A stretch of 64,000 nt of DNA, from IMG/VR virus record IMGVR_UViG_3300043632_000006, positions 1-64,000 of that record; one strand, 5' to 3'. The DNA is from a virus. Under the pieces are notes generated by a model. That model was given only the letters and a program-made list of their open reading frames with translations. It had not been told where the DNA came from and did not search any database. A program made the translations under genes and the position numbers. This document shows positions 34,116 through 43,660 of this stretch, one piece after another. Numbering within the stretch: the first letter of the stretch is position 1; each line of letters opens with the position of its first letter.

Positions 34116-34741
34116 GCGAGAAGCCGCGGGTCGTCATCGCCACGCCGCTCTACGGGCATCCCTCGCCGTGGTTCATGGTGGCCTTTGAGCGCCTCCGGGT
34201 CGGTGTCGTGGCTTCTGGCGTTGAGGCTGAATGGAAGTTCACCACCATCCCCTATATCGATCAGGCGAGGAATGATCTGGTGCGACAGGCGTTGGCGTAC
34301 GACGCCACGCATATTTTTTGGGTTGATCACGATGTGACCTGCCGACCTGACGCTGTAGCAAAACTCCTAACTCACAACCTTCCTGTTGTGGGGGGGATGT
34401 ACCACTCCAAAGACAAGCCATATGGGCCGGTGGCGTTCGGGCTGGACCCCTTCGAAATGTACCAGGAGATCCCGCCCACAGAGAGCCTGCATCTCGTGGG
34501 TGGCCTCGGGATGGGCGCGACGCTCGTCAAGGCCGATGTCTACCGGCTCATGAAGATGCAGTACGAGGACGAGCGCTGGTATCAGGTCTCCATACAGCCC
34601 GACATCGGTGAGGACGTCCACTTTGCCATGCGTCTCCAGGAGATGGCTGTGCCAGCCTTCTTAGACCCCACCGTGCAGTGTGGGCATATCAGAGACTACG
34701 AGGTGACGATCCTCGACTACCTCGCAGCACGAAGGGGGTGA
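34112..34741 (+). CDS. GT-A (family 2-like) glycosyltransferase
   Basis: 209 aa from GTG 34112; PRVVIATPLYGHP.., ..THIFWVDHDV.., ..GEDVHFAMRL.. Confidence 0.5.
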   Translation: MSEKPRVVIATPLYGHPSPWFMVAFERLRVGVVASGVEAEWKFTTIPYIDQARNDLVRQALAYDATHIFWVDHDVTCRPDAVAKLLTHNLPVVGGMYHSKDKPYGPVAFGLDPFEMYQEIPPTESLHLVGGLGMGATLVKADVYRLMKMQYEDERWYQVSIQPDIGEDVHFAMRLQEMAVPAFLDPTVQCGHIRDYEVTILDYLAARRG

Positions 34742-34747
34742 GCGCCT

Positions 34748-35824
34748 GTGGCGGTCACTCTCGTCCAGAAAAAGGGGGCTCAGAGCGCCGGGAACACCAG
34801 CGGCCTCGTGGTCACGCTTGACGCCCCACCCACACCCGGAAACCTCCTCGTGGCAGCTTGCAACTCGGATGCCACGGTCTCCACGCCGGCCGGGTTCACC
34901 CTCGCCGTGTCGGCTGTCAGCGGACAGGGGCTCTACATCTTCTACCGAGTGGTGCAGGCTGGCGACGGGTCCAGCGTGACCTTCGCGCCCAGCGTGGCAG
35001 ACTCGTGCGCGGGTGGAGTAATCGAATACTCGGGCCTCACCGCCACACCGCTCGACCAGACCGCCTCCAATACGATCAACTCGTCAGCTTCAAGCCTCGC
35101 CACGGGAACCACGCCCACGACCACTCAGGCCAGCGAGCTCGTTATCGTGGTCGTGGGTCCCCACGCCGGCAACAACCACCCGTGGGTGCTCTCGTCATGG
35201 TCCGCGGGCTACACCTCGCAGATCGAGGAGCCGAACGGACTGGCAACCGTCGGCTCCGCATCCTCGGCCTGCCACATCGGCGATCAGATCGTCGGGGCAA
35301 CAGGCACCTACTCGGCAACCGGCACTTGGTCCCCGGCCTCGAGCGATGCAGGGGCTGCCATTGCCACATTCAAGGCTGTGGCGGGCACCGTTCACGTCCT
35401 CGCTGCCATTGGCCTCGCTGCCACGTCGGGCTCGGCAGCGCTCAACGTGACCATCGTCCTTGCGGCAACCGGCTTGGCTGCCACCACGGGCTCCGCCGCC
35501 CTCAGCGTGAACATCACACTCTCTGCCACGGGACTCGCTGCCACGGCCGGGACGATGGATCTGGTGGTCCGACGGGGGCTGTCCTCCGATGCGCTGGCTG
35601 CCACCACAGGGTCCGCGAGCATGACCATGAAGTGGTCATTGGCCGCTGCCGGGCTGGCCTCGACCAGTGGCGGCATGAACGTAGGGTTACCGGTCCCGAT
35701 GGCCGCGGCAGGACTCGCTGCCACCACGGGATCCTTTGCGTTCGCCTCAGCGACTCCATTCACTCCGGGCCCGACCAAGATTGCTCTCGGCGTTTCGGGC
35801 TGGCCGACGAAGGCAGGGATATGA
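34748..35824 (+). CDS. Structural-like protein: beta-rich N-domain plus six 19-20-aa LAATGLAATxGS repeats
   Basis: 358 aa; N-domain resembles modules of the 1004-aa tail protein; repeats at aa 217-334. Confidence 0.65.
   Translation: MAVTLVQKKGAQSAGNTSGLVVTLDAPPTPGNLLVAACNSDATVSTPAGFTLAVSAVSGQGLYIFYRVVQAGDGSSVTFAPSVADSCAGGVIEYSGLTATPLDQTASNTINSSASSLATGTTPTTTQASELVIVVVGPHAGNNHPWVLSSWSAGYTSQIEEPNGLATVGSASSACHIGDQIVGATGTYSATGTWSPASSDAGAAIATFKAVAGTVHVLAAIGLAATSGSAALNVTIVLAATGLAATTGSAALSVNITLSATGLAATAGTMDLVVRRGLSSDALAATTGSASMTMKWSLAAAGLASTSGGMNVGLPVPMAAAGLAATTGSFAFASATPFTPGPTKIALGVSGWPTKAGI
35396..35749 (+). repeat. Six tandem 57-60-nt coding repeats
   Basis: VLAAIGLAATSGSAALNVTI / VLAATGLAATTGSAALSVNI / TLSATGLAATAGTMDLVVR / RGLSSDALAATTGSASMTMK / WSLAAAGLASTSGGMNVGL / PVPMAAAGLAATTGSFAFAS. 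Confidence 0.85.
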
Positions 35825-36999
35825 CAACTCCCGCCATCGCATCCACGGTCTCCGTCCGCTCCGGGGACATCCTCGTGATCCCCGCTGTCCTCGCCAACCC
35901 CGATGGATCCGTGGTGAACCTCACTGGGAAGACGGTTGCGTTCCAGATGTACCCGAAGGCGGGAGGGACGCTGATCGTCAATGGGGTCGCCGCAGTCACG
36001 AACCCCGCAGGCGGAACGGTCACCTACACGGGGACGGCCACGGACACAGCGCTGGCCGGTCAGTTCACCGGCTATTTCATGGTGACGACTCCCGGTGCCG
36101 CGCCGGTTGCCTACCCGGCCGACGGGATCACGGTGGCCATCTACCCCGTCGTCGGTGCTATCACGGGGCCCGGTGCAGGGCCGTGCTTCCCCTGGACAAC
36201 TGCCGATGCGGTCCGGGGGGCGGTGGCGGGTATCGACCCTCTGGCGGACCTCACGGAGTGGATAGAGGCCGCGGGCGAGGTTCTCTATGCCCTGACGGGG
36301 CGACAGTTCAAGGGGCTCTGCCGGGCCACCATCCGCCCCGGCCACGAGTCGTGCTCGTGCGGAGGGCTCTGTGCTGCCCATGCCTTCGGCTGGCCGCTCT
36401 CGGGGGGCTTCGGGCTCTACGGCTCGGGCTGGCCGGTAGGGTTCGGCGCTTGGCTCGGTGGGACGCAGGAGGGGCCACGGAACACGCTGATCTGCGCTTC
36501 GGAGATCGACCTGGGGCACGATGCGCGGGTGGTGGAGTCCATCAAGATCGATGGGGCTGAGATCGACCCGACCACGTGGCGCCTTGATCCGCTCGGAAAG
36601 CTGGTACGTCAGCCTGACGCTAACGGCAACCAACTCGTCTGGCCGTGCTGTTCTCGAGTGGGCCCGTCAAGCGGATCCGTGGGGACCTTCGAGATCCGCT
36701 ACCTCTACGGGCAAGATCCACCGGCCTCGGTTGTGATGGCGGTGAACGTCCTAGCGGGCCAATTCTGGCTTGCATCGAACGGGTCGGGGCAGTGCAAGCT
36801 GCCCTCTCATATTCAGACAATGACGAGACAAGGTGTAACTGCGACGTTCGTAACGGACACGTCAGTGTTCCTCGCCAAGGGCTTCACCGGGCTGCCTCTG
36901 GTGGATCAGGTCATCGCTGCATTCAATCCGAACCACCTGACTCGGCGTGCCCGGGTCATCAGCATCGACGTTGAGCCGCACAGGCGGATGACCCCTTGA
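35821..36999 (+). CDS. Head-to-tail adaptor with N-terminal Ig-like extension
   Basis: 392 aa from ATG 35821. N-terminal beta-sandwich-like ~110 aa, then ..CFPWTTADAV.. and ..CKLPSHIQTMTRQGVTATFVTD..GFTGLPLVDQVIAAFNP.., as in actinophage adaptor proteins. Confidence 0.5.
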   Translation: MTTPAIASTVSVRSGDILVIPAVLANPDGSVVNLTGKTVAFQMYPKAGGTLIVNGVAAVTNPAGGTVTYTGTATDTALAGQFTGYFMVTTPGAAPVAYPADGITVAIYPVVGAITGPGAGPCFPWTTADAVRGAVAGIDPLADLTEWIEAAGEVLYALTGRQFKGLCRATIRPGHESCSCGGLCAAHAFGWPLSGGFGLYGSGWPVGFGAWLGGTQEGPRNTLICASEIDLGHDARVVESIKIDGAEIDPTTWRLDPLGKLVRQPDANGNQLVWPCCSRVGPSSGSVGTFEIRYLYGQDPPASVVMAVNVLAGQFWLASNGSGQCKLPSHIQTMTRQGVTATFVTDTSVFLAKGFTGLPLVDQVIAAFNPNHLTRRARVISIDVEPHRRMTP

Positions 37000-37415
37000 C
37001 CTTCCAGACCGATCTTGAGGCGCGGGTGAGGTACGAAGCGGCCGTCATCGCCGGAAAAGCGAGGGAGACGCTTGAGCGGGAGCTCCAGCGGGCAGCGCCG
37101 GTCGGAACGCCGAATCCCTACCAGGACCACGAGCCGGGAATGCTCAGGAATTCCATCGCGGTCAATGTCAGGTTTGACCAGACCACCTTCACCTTCCACG
37201 CCGTGGCATCGGCGCCTCACGCCTCGTTCACGAACACCGACACCCCGCCTCATCCCATCGTGGCCGTGAACACGAGGGTTCTTCGATTCGAGTGGCCGCG
37301 CGCAGGACTTCATCCGGCCTTTATGCCGCATGTCCAGCACCCCGGCACGACTGGCACGGGTTGGTGGACGAAGACCCTTGAACGCTGGCCCGACATCTTG
37401 GCATCGGTGCAATGA
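36996..37415 (+). CDS. HK97 gp10-like head-tail joining protein
   Basis: 139 aa; ..EPGMLRNSI.. pattern; position. Confidence 0.5.
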   Translation: MTFQTDLEARVRYEAAVIAGKARETLERELQRAAPVGTPNPYQDHEPGMLRNSIAVNVRFDQTTFTFHAVASAPHASFTNTDTPPHPIVAVNTRVLRFEWPRAGLHPAFMPHVQHPGTTGTGWWTKTLERWPDILASVQ

Positions 37416-37912
37416 GCCAGCCCTCAAACCTCTCGGAGACCGCCGAGGCGATCCTAGCTGCCGCGGTCATCGCTCTCGGGGCCCGCGTCCCGGCTCGCCA
37501 GTACATCGCCACCGGTCTCATTTCATATGACGGCTGCGAGCAAACCACCGTGGCTTGGCAGCCACCGGGGCTTTACATCGTGGATCCATTCCCGGCTCAG
37601 TCCCGTAAGCCCGTGCGTTGCGCGGCGGTGCTGGCAGCAGATTTCATCCTCGAGAGCACGAGATGCATGCCCGTCATCCAGGGCGACACCTTCCCGGATC
37701 CCGCGGCTATCACGAACGCCCACGAGGAGGTCATGGCCGACGCCGAGATCCTGATGTGCGGGCTGCTCGCCCAGGCGCAGGCCGGGACCCTCTTCGGAGC
37801 GTGCCGTCTCTACACGCTCGGCCCCGCCACGCCCTACGGGCCTTCGGGCGCCATCGGAGCGGTCCGGATCCCGATCACCGTGCAGATGTCCTGCACGCCC
37901 GCAGACAGTTGA
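37412..37912 (+). CDS. Head-tail connector / tail terminator-like protein
   Basis: 166 aa, ATGA overlap; position directly upstream of the tail chaperones. Confidence 0.35.
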   Translation: MSQPSNLSETAEAILAAAVIALGARVPARQYIATGLISYDGCEQTTVAWQPPGLYIVDPFPAQSRKPVRCAAVLAADFILESTRCMPVIQGDTFPDPAAITNAHEEVMADAEILMCGLLAQAQAGTLFGACRLYTLGPATPYGPSGAIGAVRIPITVQMSCTPADS

Positions 37913-37962
37913 CCGATCAGCCCGTCGATCTGGCGGGATACCGAGAGAGAAGGGAGTTACGC

Positions 37963-38358
37963 ATGGCCGATGCGACTGTCGGTGACGAGATATCGCTGGA
38001 GCCGAACGGCACCATCCGTCTCACGCTGACCGGGACGCACTTCCGGTGGCGCCGGCCCACCTTCGGGCAGTTCCGCAAGTTCGAGGAGCTGTGGGCGGAG
38101 GTGGCCGCTCAGGAGAAGGTCATCGTCGATCGGGCCAACGCGGTTCCCGAGGCGGAGCGCACCGTTGCGTGGCGCACCACCTTCGAGACGGAACTCCGCG
38201 ACAGCGTCCTCGCGTGGGTGCTGGACGTGTGGCGGGTGCTCTGCGACAAGGAACCACCGGCCACCGACGACTGCGCGCCGTGGATGGCGAACACCTCGTT
38301 TCACCAGATGCTCAAGGACCACTGGACCACGGTCCCTTTGGCTGCTTCGAGCCGCTAG
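37963..38358 (+). CDS. Tail assembly chaperone (G-like)
   Basis: 131 aa from ATG 37963 (RBS gaagggag); directly upstream of the tape measure. Confidence 0.7.
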   Translation: MADATVGDEISLEPNGTIRLTLTGTHFRWRRPTFGQFRKFEELWAEVAAQEKVIVDRANAVPEAERTVAWRTTFETELRDSVLAWVLDVWRVLCDKEPPATDDCAPWMANTSFHQMLKDHWTTVPLAASSR

Positions 38359-38648
38359 GCCCTGGTGCCACGCCTTCGGCTCTGGCAGGTCTCGGACTCG
38401 GAGAGGCCGAGTCGCTGTACCGCGTGTTCTTCGAGCTCAAGGGCTGGGAGCCCCGCCAGGTCGACGCGTGCGAGATATGGCAGCTCGCCGTGATGCTCGG
38501 CGTCGGCAAGGCGGATCAGCCTACGGGGATGCTCACCGGTCGGGCGCTGCTCGCCGCGCGGGTCAAGGCCGCGCAGGAGGGGCGTCCTCCCCCCTCGATC
38601 TCGCTTGTCCCCACGGCCCTGCCTGACCCGTCCGAGGGAATGCCCTAA
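37963..38648 (+). CDS. Tail assembly chaperone -1 frameshift product (GT-like)
   Basis: -1 slip at 38334-38340 joins ..TTVP to FGCFEPLGPGATPSALAG... (frame of track ORF 38046-38648), ending 1 nt before the tape measure start. Confidence 0.65.
38334..38340 (+). promoter_or_regulatory. Programmed -1 ribosomal frameshift heptamer CCCTTTG
   Basis: X_XXY_YYZ in zero frame (gtC CCT TTG), 18 nt before the G stop; canonical G/GT arrangement. Confidence 0.65.
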
Positions 38649-41600
38649 GTGGCCGGGCTAACTGAGGAGTTAGAGCTAAATATCCAACCTGCCTTATCCG
38701 CGGTTGGGGACCTCGCAAGCGAACTGACCAAGGCGGCGCTGGACTTCTCCGCCACGCTTTCGGAGTCGCTCTCGACGGCCGTGCAGGGCGTTGACAACTC
38801 GCTGACGCTGAGCCCTGACGTGTCGGCGATCACATCTGAGGGAGACTCCGCCGTCCAGGCCATCGATCCCACGGTAGTCCTCCAGGCCGATACCGCGGAT
38901 CTGGTCGCCCAGGGTGACGCGGCGATGCAATCCGTCTTCGAGGCACAGGTCTCCAACGTCGCCACGGGAACCGGCAACGCCCAGGGGATCATTGCCAGCG
39001 GAGCAGAGGCGGCTACGGCCGCGGAGGGGATCAACGCCCTTTCGAGTGCCACCCGAGGCGCTGAGGTAGCCACCGCGGGGCTGGAGGGCAACGCTGGAGG
39101 AGTCGCCTCGGCGCTCGGTCCCTTCGGGGCGGCAGTGGCCGCCGGGGCCGGGGCGATGGGGATCTTCTTCACCGCGGCCGTCAACGAGGAAACGGCGCTC
39201 AACCGGCTGAACTTCGTCTACGGGGCTTCGGTCACCGCCGTACAGCAGGTCACGCTTGCCAACAACAACTTCAGCCAGTCCCTCCAGCAGATTGCCACAT
39301 CGACCGGCGCATCTCTCCCCGGTTTGGAGCAGGCCAACTCCAAGATCGGGTCTATCGGTTTCTCGGCGGGAGCCACCGCGCCGGCCATCACACAGACCGC
39401 GAACCAGATCACTGCCCTCGCCACTTACCTGGCCGTGACCAACCCGGCGCTCGGTTCGGCCGACACGATCATGAACTCCCTGACGGGCTCCCTAGCCCGA
39501 GGTGGGCGAGCCGCTGCAAGCCTCGGGCTATCCCTCACGTCCACCGAGATCGCCGCCAAGGCGCACGCTCTGGCCACCGCCGACGGGCGGGACACCGTCT
39601 CCCAGTTCGACAAGATCGCGGCCGGCGCCGCCATCACGACCGACAAGCTGGGGACCTCGCTTGGGGACGCGGTGGCGAAGGGCTCCAACTCCGCTGCCCT
39701 CGCTCTGCCCAAGCTGACGGAGAGCCTCAAGGAGACCATTGCCACGGTCGGCGCTCCGCTCATCGGCCCGATAACCCAACTGTTCACCGACATCGGCCCG
39801 TTGCTCGCAGGGCTGGCCACCACCATCGGGCGTCTCCTGGAGGCCGCCACGCCTCTCCTCGGTGTCCTGGGGCTTCTCGCTGGGGCACTCAGCGTGCTGG
39901 CCGGGATCATCAATGCGATCCCCCTGCCGATCCTGACGACTGCCGTCGAGGCGTTCACAGCGGCCATCGTCATCGACAAGGTCTCCACCTTCGCCGCTGG
40001 CCTGTTCACCCTCGGAGCGAACGCTACGGCTGATGTGGGAGCCGTTGGGCTACTCACCGGGGCCGTGGACGGCCTTGTCGCATCCCTCGGACCGGTAGCG
40101 GTTGCCGTCGCAGCGATCGGAGCCGTCGCGCTCATCAGCAACGCGGCGGCTTCCTCGAACACCGACAATGCCAACAAGCTGGCACTCGCCGTGGCAGGGC
40201 TCAAGTCGAATACCGATGTTGCCAAGGAGTCCGTCTCGGAACTCCAGACGCAGTTGGACGCGGTGAACACCAAGATTGCGGACCTCAAGAAGCAAAACCC
40301 TGCCGGCAGCAGCCTTGTTCCGACCCTCAACACCGTGGATGGGCAGAAGCAGATCGGTGACTACGCCTCCGGCATGAAGGCGCTCACGGGGGAAGCCGCG
40401 ACTCTCAAAACCGCCCTCGACACCACGAAGACCTCTACGGATTCACTCTCCGGTTCCCAGGCCAACGGTGCCCAGACGGCGCAAGCTTTTGGGGATGCCA
40501 TCGCAGCCTCGGCCGCCAAGCTCGATGGAGTCAATGTCGCCATCGCGTCCGTGGAGTCGGCCAACAACTCTCTCGTCACGGGGGCCACCGGAAAGCTGAC
40601 AGGGGTCTCCACGGTATTCGGGGACGTCTCCACGGCCATCGATGCCGCTGCGAAGGCTGCCGACAAGCAGGCGACATCGAGCAACAGCGGGGCATCGGCG
40701 CTTGCCACTCAGGCGACCCACGCCAAGGATCTACGGGACGCCACAGCGGCGCTTACTGCGGCGGAGGCAGCCAGAGACACCTTGGCCGCCGGGCCTACAC
40801 AGGACCAGAGAACAGCCGGACTGCTCTCCGAGGAAGCAGCGTTAAAGACCGTCCGGGATGCTCTCCAAAAGGTCAACGATACCCAGACCGCTTTCGATAC
40901 CTTGGCAGCGGGACAGACCGCCGAGGAGTTAGCTGCCGGGCTGCTATCCATCGCACAGGCGGCGCAGACCACCCATTCTGCCGAGCAGACCGTTATCGCT
41001 GACGAGGTAGCCCTGAAAGCCTTGGCGGGCGGTCCCTCTGGGGATACCAAGGCGCTAGCAGCCGAGAACGTAGCCAAGGCGCAAACGAACCAAGAGAAGA
41101 CGACTCTTGCTCTCTCGGATGCCGTGGCTGCCCAAACGCTTTTGCTCGCGGCGGGGACCGCCACTGACCGGCAGAAAGAGGATGCGCAGATCAAGGTCAC
41201 TGAGGCGGACTTCGCCTGGACCGATGCCGTCCGGACCCTGAATGACGCCCTCGCTGCTCAGGCCAAACTCACGACGGATTCGCTTCCTGGGTCGGCGGCG
41301 ATGCAGGCGGCCAAGGACAAACTGGCTAGCTCGGAACTAGCTCTCCAATCGGCCCAGCAGTCTCAAGAGGCTACCCAGGACAAGCAAGCCCAGACCATCG
41401 CCGACTCGCTGCCCGGTTCGGCGGCCATGACGACAGCACGGAACAATCAGGCCGATGCGGAACTATCCCTCGCTCAAGCCCAGCAGACCCAGGAAACAAC
41501 TCAGGACGCCCAAAACAAGCTATTCGTCGATTCCTTACCGGGATCCGCGGCGATGGTGGCTGCTATCCAGAAGGTCTCGGATGCTGAGGACCATCTCACC

Positions 41601-42599
41601 ACCGTCGTGGAGTCGGGGAACGCCAAGCAGGGATCGTCCACGGCTGCCGCAGCCAAGACGCATGTGGACGCCCTCGCCTCGCTGCAACAGGGGCTTGACG
41701 AGCAGATCGCCGCTGAGAACAAGTTCTTCACCGACCTGGAGAAGATCCAGGCCGAGGGCGGCACGGAGATCGTGGCGGAGCTGCTCGCCCAGGGTCCGAA
41801 GACGGGGGCAGCCGAAGCATCAGCAGTGGCCGGAGCGACCGTCACCGTCGTGGCTGCACTGGAGACGAAAGCGGAGACCCTCAAGACGGATGAGGACAAG
41901 CATGCGCAGGAGATAGCGACCATCTTCGGGGCCAGCCTGAACGCGAACCTACTGAAAGCGTTCTCGACCCAGTTGACGAACGAGGTCAACTTTTACGCCA
42001 ACGTCCAGAAGATCTTTGAGGCAGGGAACACGGTACTGGCGAACGCCCTGCTGGCACAGGGGCCAATCCAGGGAGGTGCGCTCGCCGGCGCTGTCGCCAA
42101 TGCGACGCCCCTCGTCCAGCACGCCCTGGAGGTTCAAGCGGAGCAACTCAAAACGGCTGAGGCCACAGCAGGTACGGATGTCGGTAAAAGTTTCGGTGAC
42201 GGGTTGTTCGCTGGGATCAACGGAGCCAACGCGCGGGTCTTTGCCGCGGCGCAGGCATTGGGAACCTCTGCCCAGTCGGGAACGGCCGCGGCTATCAAGC
42301 CCGGATCTCCGTCAAGGGTGGCGATGGAACTCGGGAGCCAGTGGGCGGAGGGGCTTGCTCTCGGCATGACCGGAGGGATACCCCTCGTCGCCTCCGCGGC
42401 CTCACAACTGGCGAGCGCTCTCGTGGTCAACCCGAACGCCCCAGCACTGTCTACGGGCTCCACGACGACCACCACGGCTCAGGCGGCGTCGGCACCGGGG
42501 GCTGTGGTGCAGCACGTCACCGTCAACGAGGTGGCGCAGGATCCGCAGGCTACGGCATTCGCTGTAGCTTCCCGCCTCGGCCAGCAGGCGACCCGCTGA
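38649..42599 (+). CDS. Tape measure protein
   Basis: 1316 aa, GTG start right after TAA; Ala/Gly/Thr-rich; hydrophobic central segments; ~42-aa periodic repeats. Confidence 0.85.
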   Translation: MAGLTEELELNIQPALSAVGDLASELTKAALDFSATLSESLSTAVQGVDNSLTLSPDVSAITSEGDSAVQAIDPTVVLQADTADLVAQGDAAMQSVFEAQVSNVATGTGNAQGIIASGAEAATAAEGINALSSATRGAEVATAGLEGNAGGVASALGPFGAAVAAGAGAMGIFFTAAVNEETALNRLNFVYGASVTAVQQVTLANNNFSQSLQQIATSTGASLPGLEQANSKIGSIGFSAGATAPAITQTANQITALATYLAVTNPALGSADTIMNSLTGSLARGGRAAASLGLSLTSTEIAAKAHALATADGRDTVSQFDKIAAGAAITTDKLGTSLGDAVAKGSNSAALALPKLTESLKETIATVGAPLIGPITQLFTDIGPLLAGLATTIGRLLEAATPLLGVLGLLAGALSVLAGIINAIPLPILTTAVEAFTAAIVIDKVSTFAAGLFTLGANATADVGAVGLLTGAVDGLVASLGPVAVAVAAIGAVALISNAAASSNTDNANKLALAVAGLKSNTDVAKESVSELQTQLDAVNTKIADLKKQNPAGSSLVPTLNTVDGQKQIGDYASGMKALTGEAATLKTALDTTKTSTDSLSGSQANGAQTAQAFGDAIAASAAKLDGVNVAIASVESANNSLVTGATGKLTGVSTVFGDVSTAIDAAAKAADKQATSSNSGASALATQATHAKDLRDATAALTAAEAARDTLAAGPTQDQRTAGLLSEEAALKTVRDALQKVNDTQTAFDTLAAGQTAEELAAGLLSIAQAAQTTHSAEQTVIADEVALKALAGGPSGDTKALAAENVAKAQTNQEKTTLALSDAVAAQTLLLAAGTATDRQKEDAQIKVTEADFAWTDAVRTLNDALAAQAKLTTDSLPGSAAMQAAKDKLASSELALQSAQQSQEATQDKQAQTIADSLPGSAAMTTARNNQADAELSLAQAQQTQETTQDAQNKLFVDSLPGSAAMVAAIQKVSDAEDHLTTVVESGNAKQGSSTAAAAKTHVDALASLQQGLDEQIAAENKFFTDLEKIQAEGGTEIVAELLAQGPKTGAAEASAVAGATVTVVAALETKAETLKTDEDKHAQEIATIFGASLNANLLKAFSTQLTNEVNFYANVQKIFEAGNTVLANALLAQGPIQGGALAGAVANATPLVQHALEVQAEQLKTAEATAGTDVGKSFGDGLFAGINGANARVFAAAQALGTSAQSGTAAAIKPGSPSRVAMELGSQWAEGLALGMTGGIPLVASAASQLASALVVNPNAPALSTGSTTTTTAQAASAPGAVVQHVTVNEVAQDPQATAFAVASRLGQQATR
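41277..41654 (+). repeat. Three tandem 126-nt repeats within the tape measure gene
   Basis: DSLPGSAAM-initiated units start at 41277, 41403 and 41529 (exact 126-nt period); looser ~42-aa periodicity extends upstream to about 40780. Confidence 0.8.
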
Positions 42600-43645
42600 T
42601 GGTTGGCTACCTCGTCTTGGCGAACAGGGAGATCGCCAACGCGGCGCGGACGCTGGCCTACCTCAAGCGTTTCCTGCCGCTCCAGGTGCAGGCCCGATCG
42701 GACCCGAACTGCTCGTGCTCCGCCATCGACGGAACGTGGGGATCGCCCTATTCCGATCCCGCCCCGTGGTACGAGGCCAGCCGACCCGAATCCCAGTTCT
42801 TCTATGGGCTCCTGCTGGACTCCGTCGTCGTGCCTCCTGTGCTCACGCGTCCCGCCAAGCCCCGGGCGAACGGTGGGCAGTCCCTCGGGCGGCTCATCCC
42901 CAAGGGGCGCACGGTGCAGGTCAGCGGGGCCATGTACGGCGGGAGCGAGATGAGCATGGAGTGGGGTACGCGCTGGCTCACGGCGGCGCTGCGGGGCAAC
43001 TGCGAGGACCCCTGCAACCTGTCGTCGGCCTGCCTGCTGCCCGCCTGTCCCGACGTCGGCCAGCCAGCGCGGTGGCGGCACCTCTACGGGGCGGGGCTCA
43101 TCGACGGGCCGACCATCTCGCCCATCTCGGGGCTCAACGGGTGCATCGTGCGGACCGTGGCGTTCCAACTCGGCAGCGAGATCGCCTACCTGTTCGCCGA
43201 CCCGGCGACGCTCGTCAACCAGCCCCTCCTGGCGAACACAACCGTCTGTGGCACGGCCTCGACTACCCAATGGATCGGGGACTCCACCACCCGGATCACC
43301 GTCACGAGCGGGGGGCCGGGCTACGTGACGGGGCTGTCGTTTTCGCTGGCGCCGCTGCGGAGCAACGAGACCTGTCCCTCGCCCTCCACTCCCACGGTCA
43401 GCTTCACCGTCGCCCAGATCCCGCCCGGTTGCACCCTCGTCATCGACGGGACCACCCGGACGGTGCAGGTCATTGAGGCGGCTTCGGGGCTGCTCATCGG
43501 GGGGCTCGACGTGATCTCCACGGGTGGCGCTCCGCTGGACTGGATGGACATCGGGCCGTGCGCGCGGGCGTGCATCTGTGTCCGGGCGACGGCGGTCAAT
43601 GGAAATTCGAAGGTGCTACTGGAGCAGATCGACCGAGAACTATGA
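42599..43645 (+). CDS. Minor tail protein (distal-tail position), Cys-rich
   Basis: 348 aa, TGATG overlap with the tape measure. Confidence 0.55.
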   Translation: MVGYLVLANREIANAARTLAYLKRFLPLQVQARSDPNCSCSAIDGTWGSPYSDPAPWYEASRPESQFFYGLLLDSVVVPPVLTRPAKPRANGGQSLGRLIPKGRTVQVSGAMYGGSEMSMEWGTRWLTAALRGNCEDPCNLSSACLLPACPDVGQPARWRHLYGAGLIDGPTISPISGLNGCIVRTVAFQLGSEIAYLFADPATLVNQPLLANTTVCGTASTTQWIGDSTTRITVTSGGPGYVTGLSFSLAPLRSNETCPSPSTPTVSFTVAQIPPGCTLVIDGTTRTVQVIEAASGLLIGGLDVISTGGAPLDWMDIGPCARACICVRATAVNGNSKVLLEQIDREL

Positions 43646-43660
43646 GAGGAGGCGGGAGCG

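Noticed and set aside
35396-35749. Tandem repeats here, at 46143-46440, at 41277-41654 and at 57695-57828, considered as possible CRISPR arrays
   Set aside because: The units are directly adjacent without unique spacers and are in frame within long ORFs (57-60 nt, 126 nt and 27 nt periods). No cas genes or leader are present.
35392-36633. 413-aa minus-strand ORF across the repeat protein and adaptor genes
   Set aside because: Antisense artefact. It spans a sense-strand gene junction that has an ATGA overlap.
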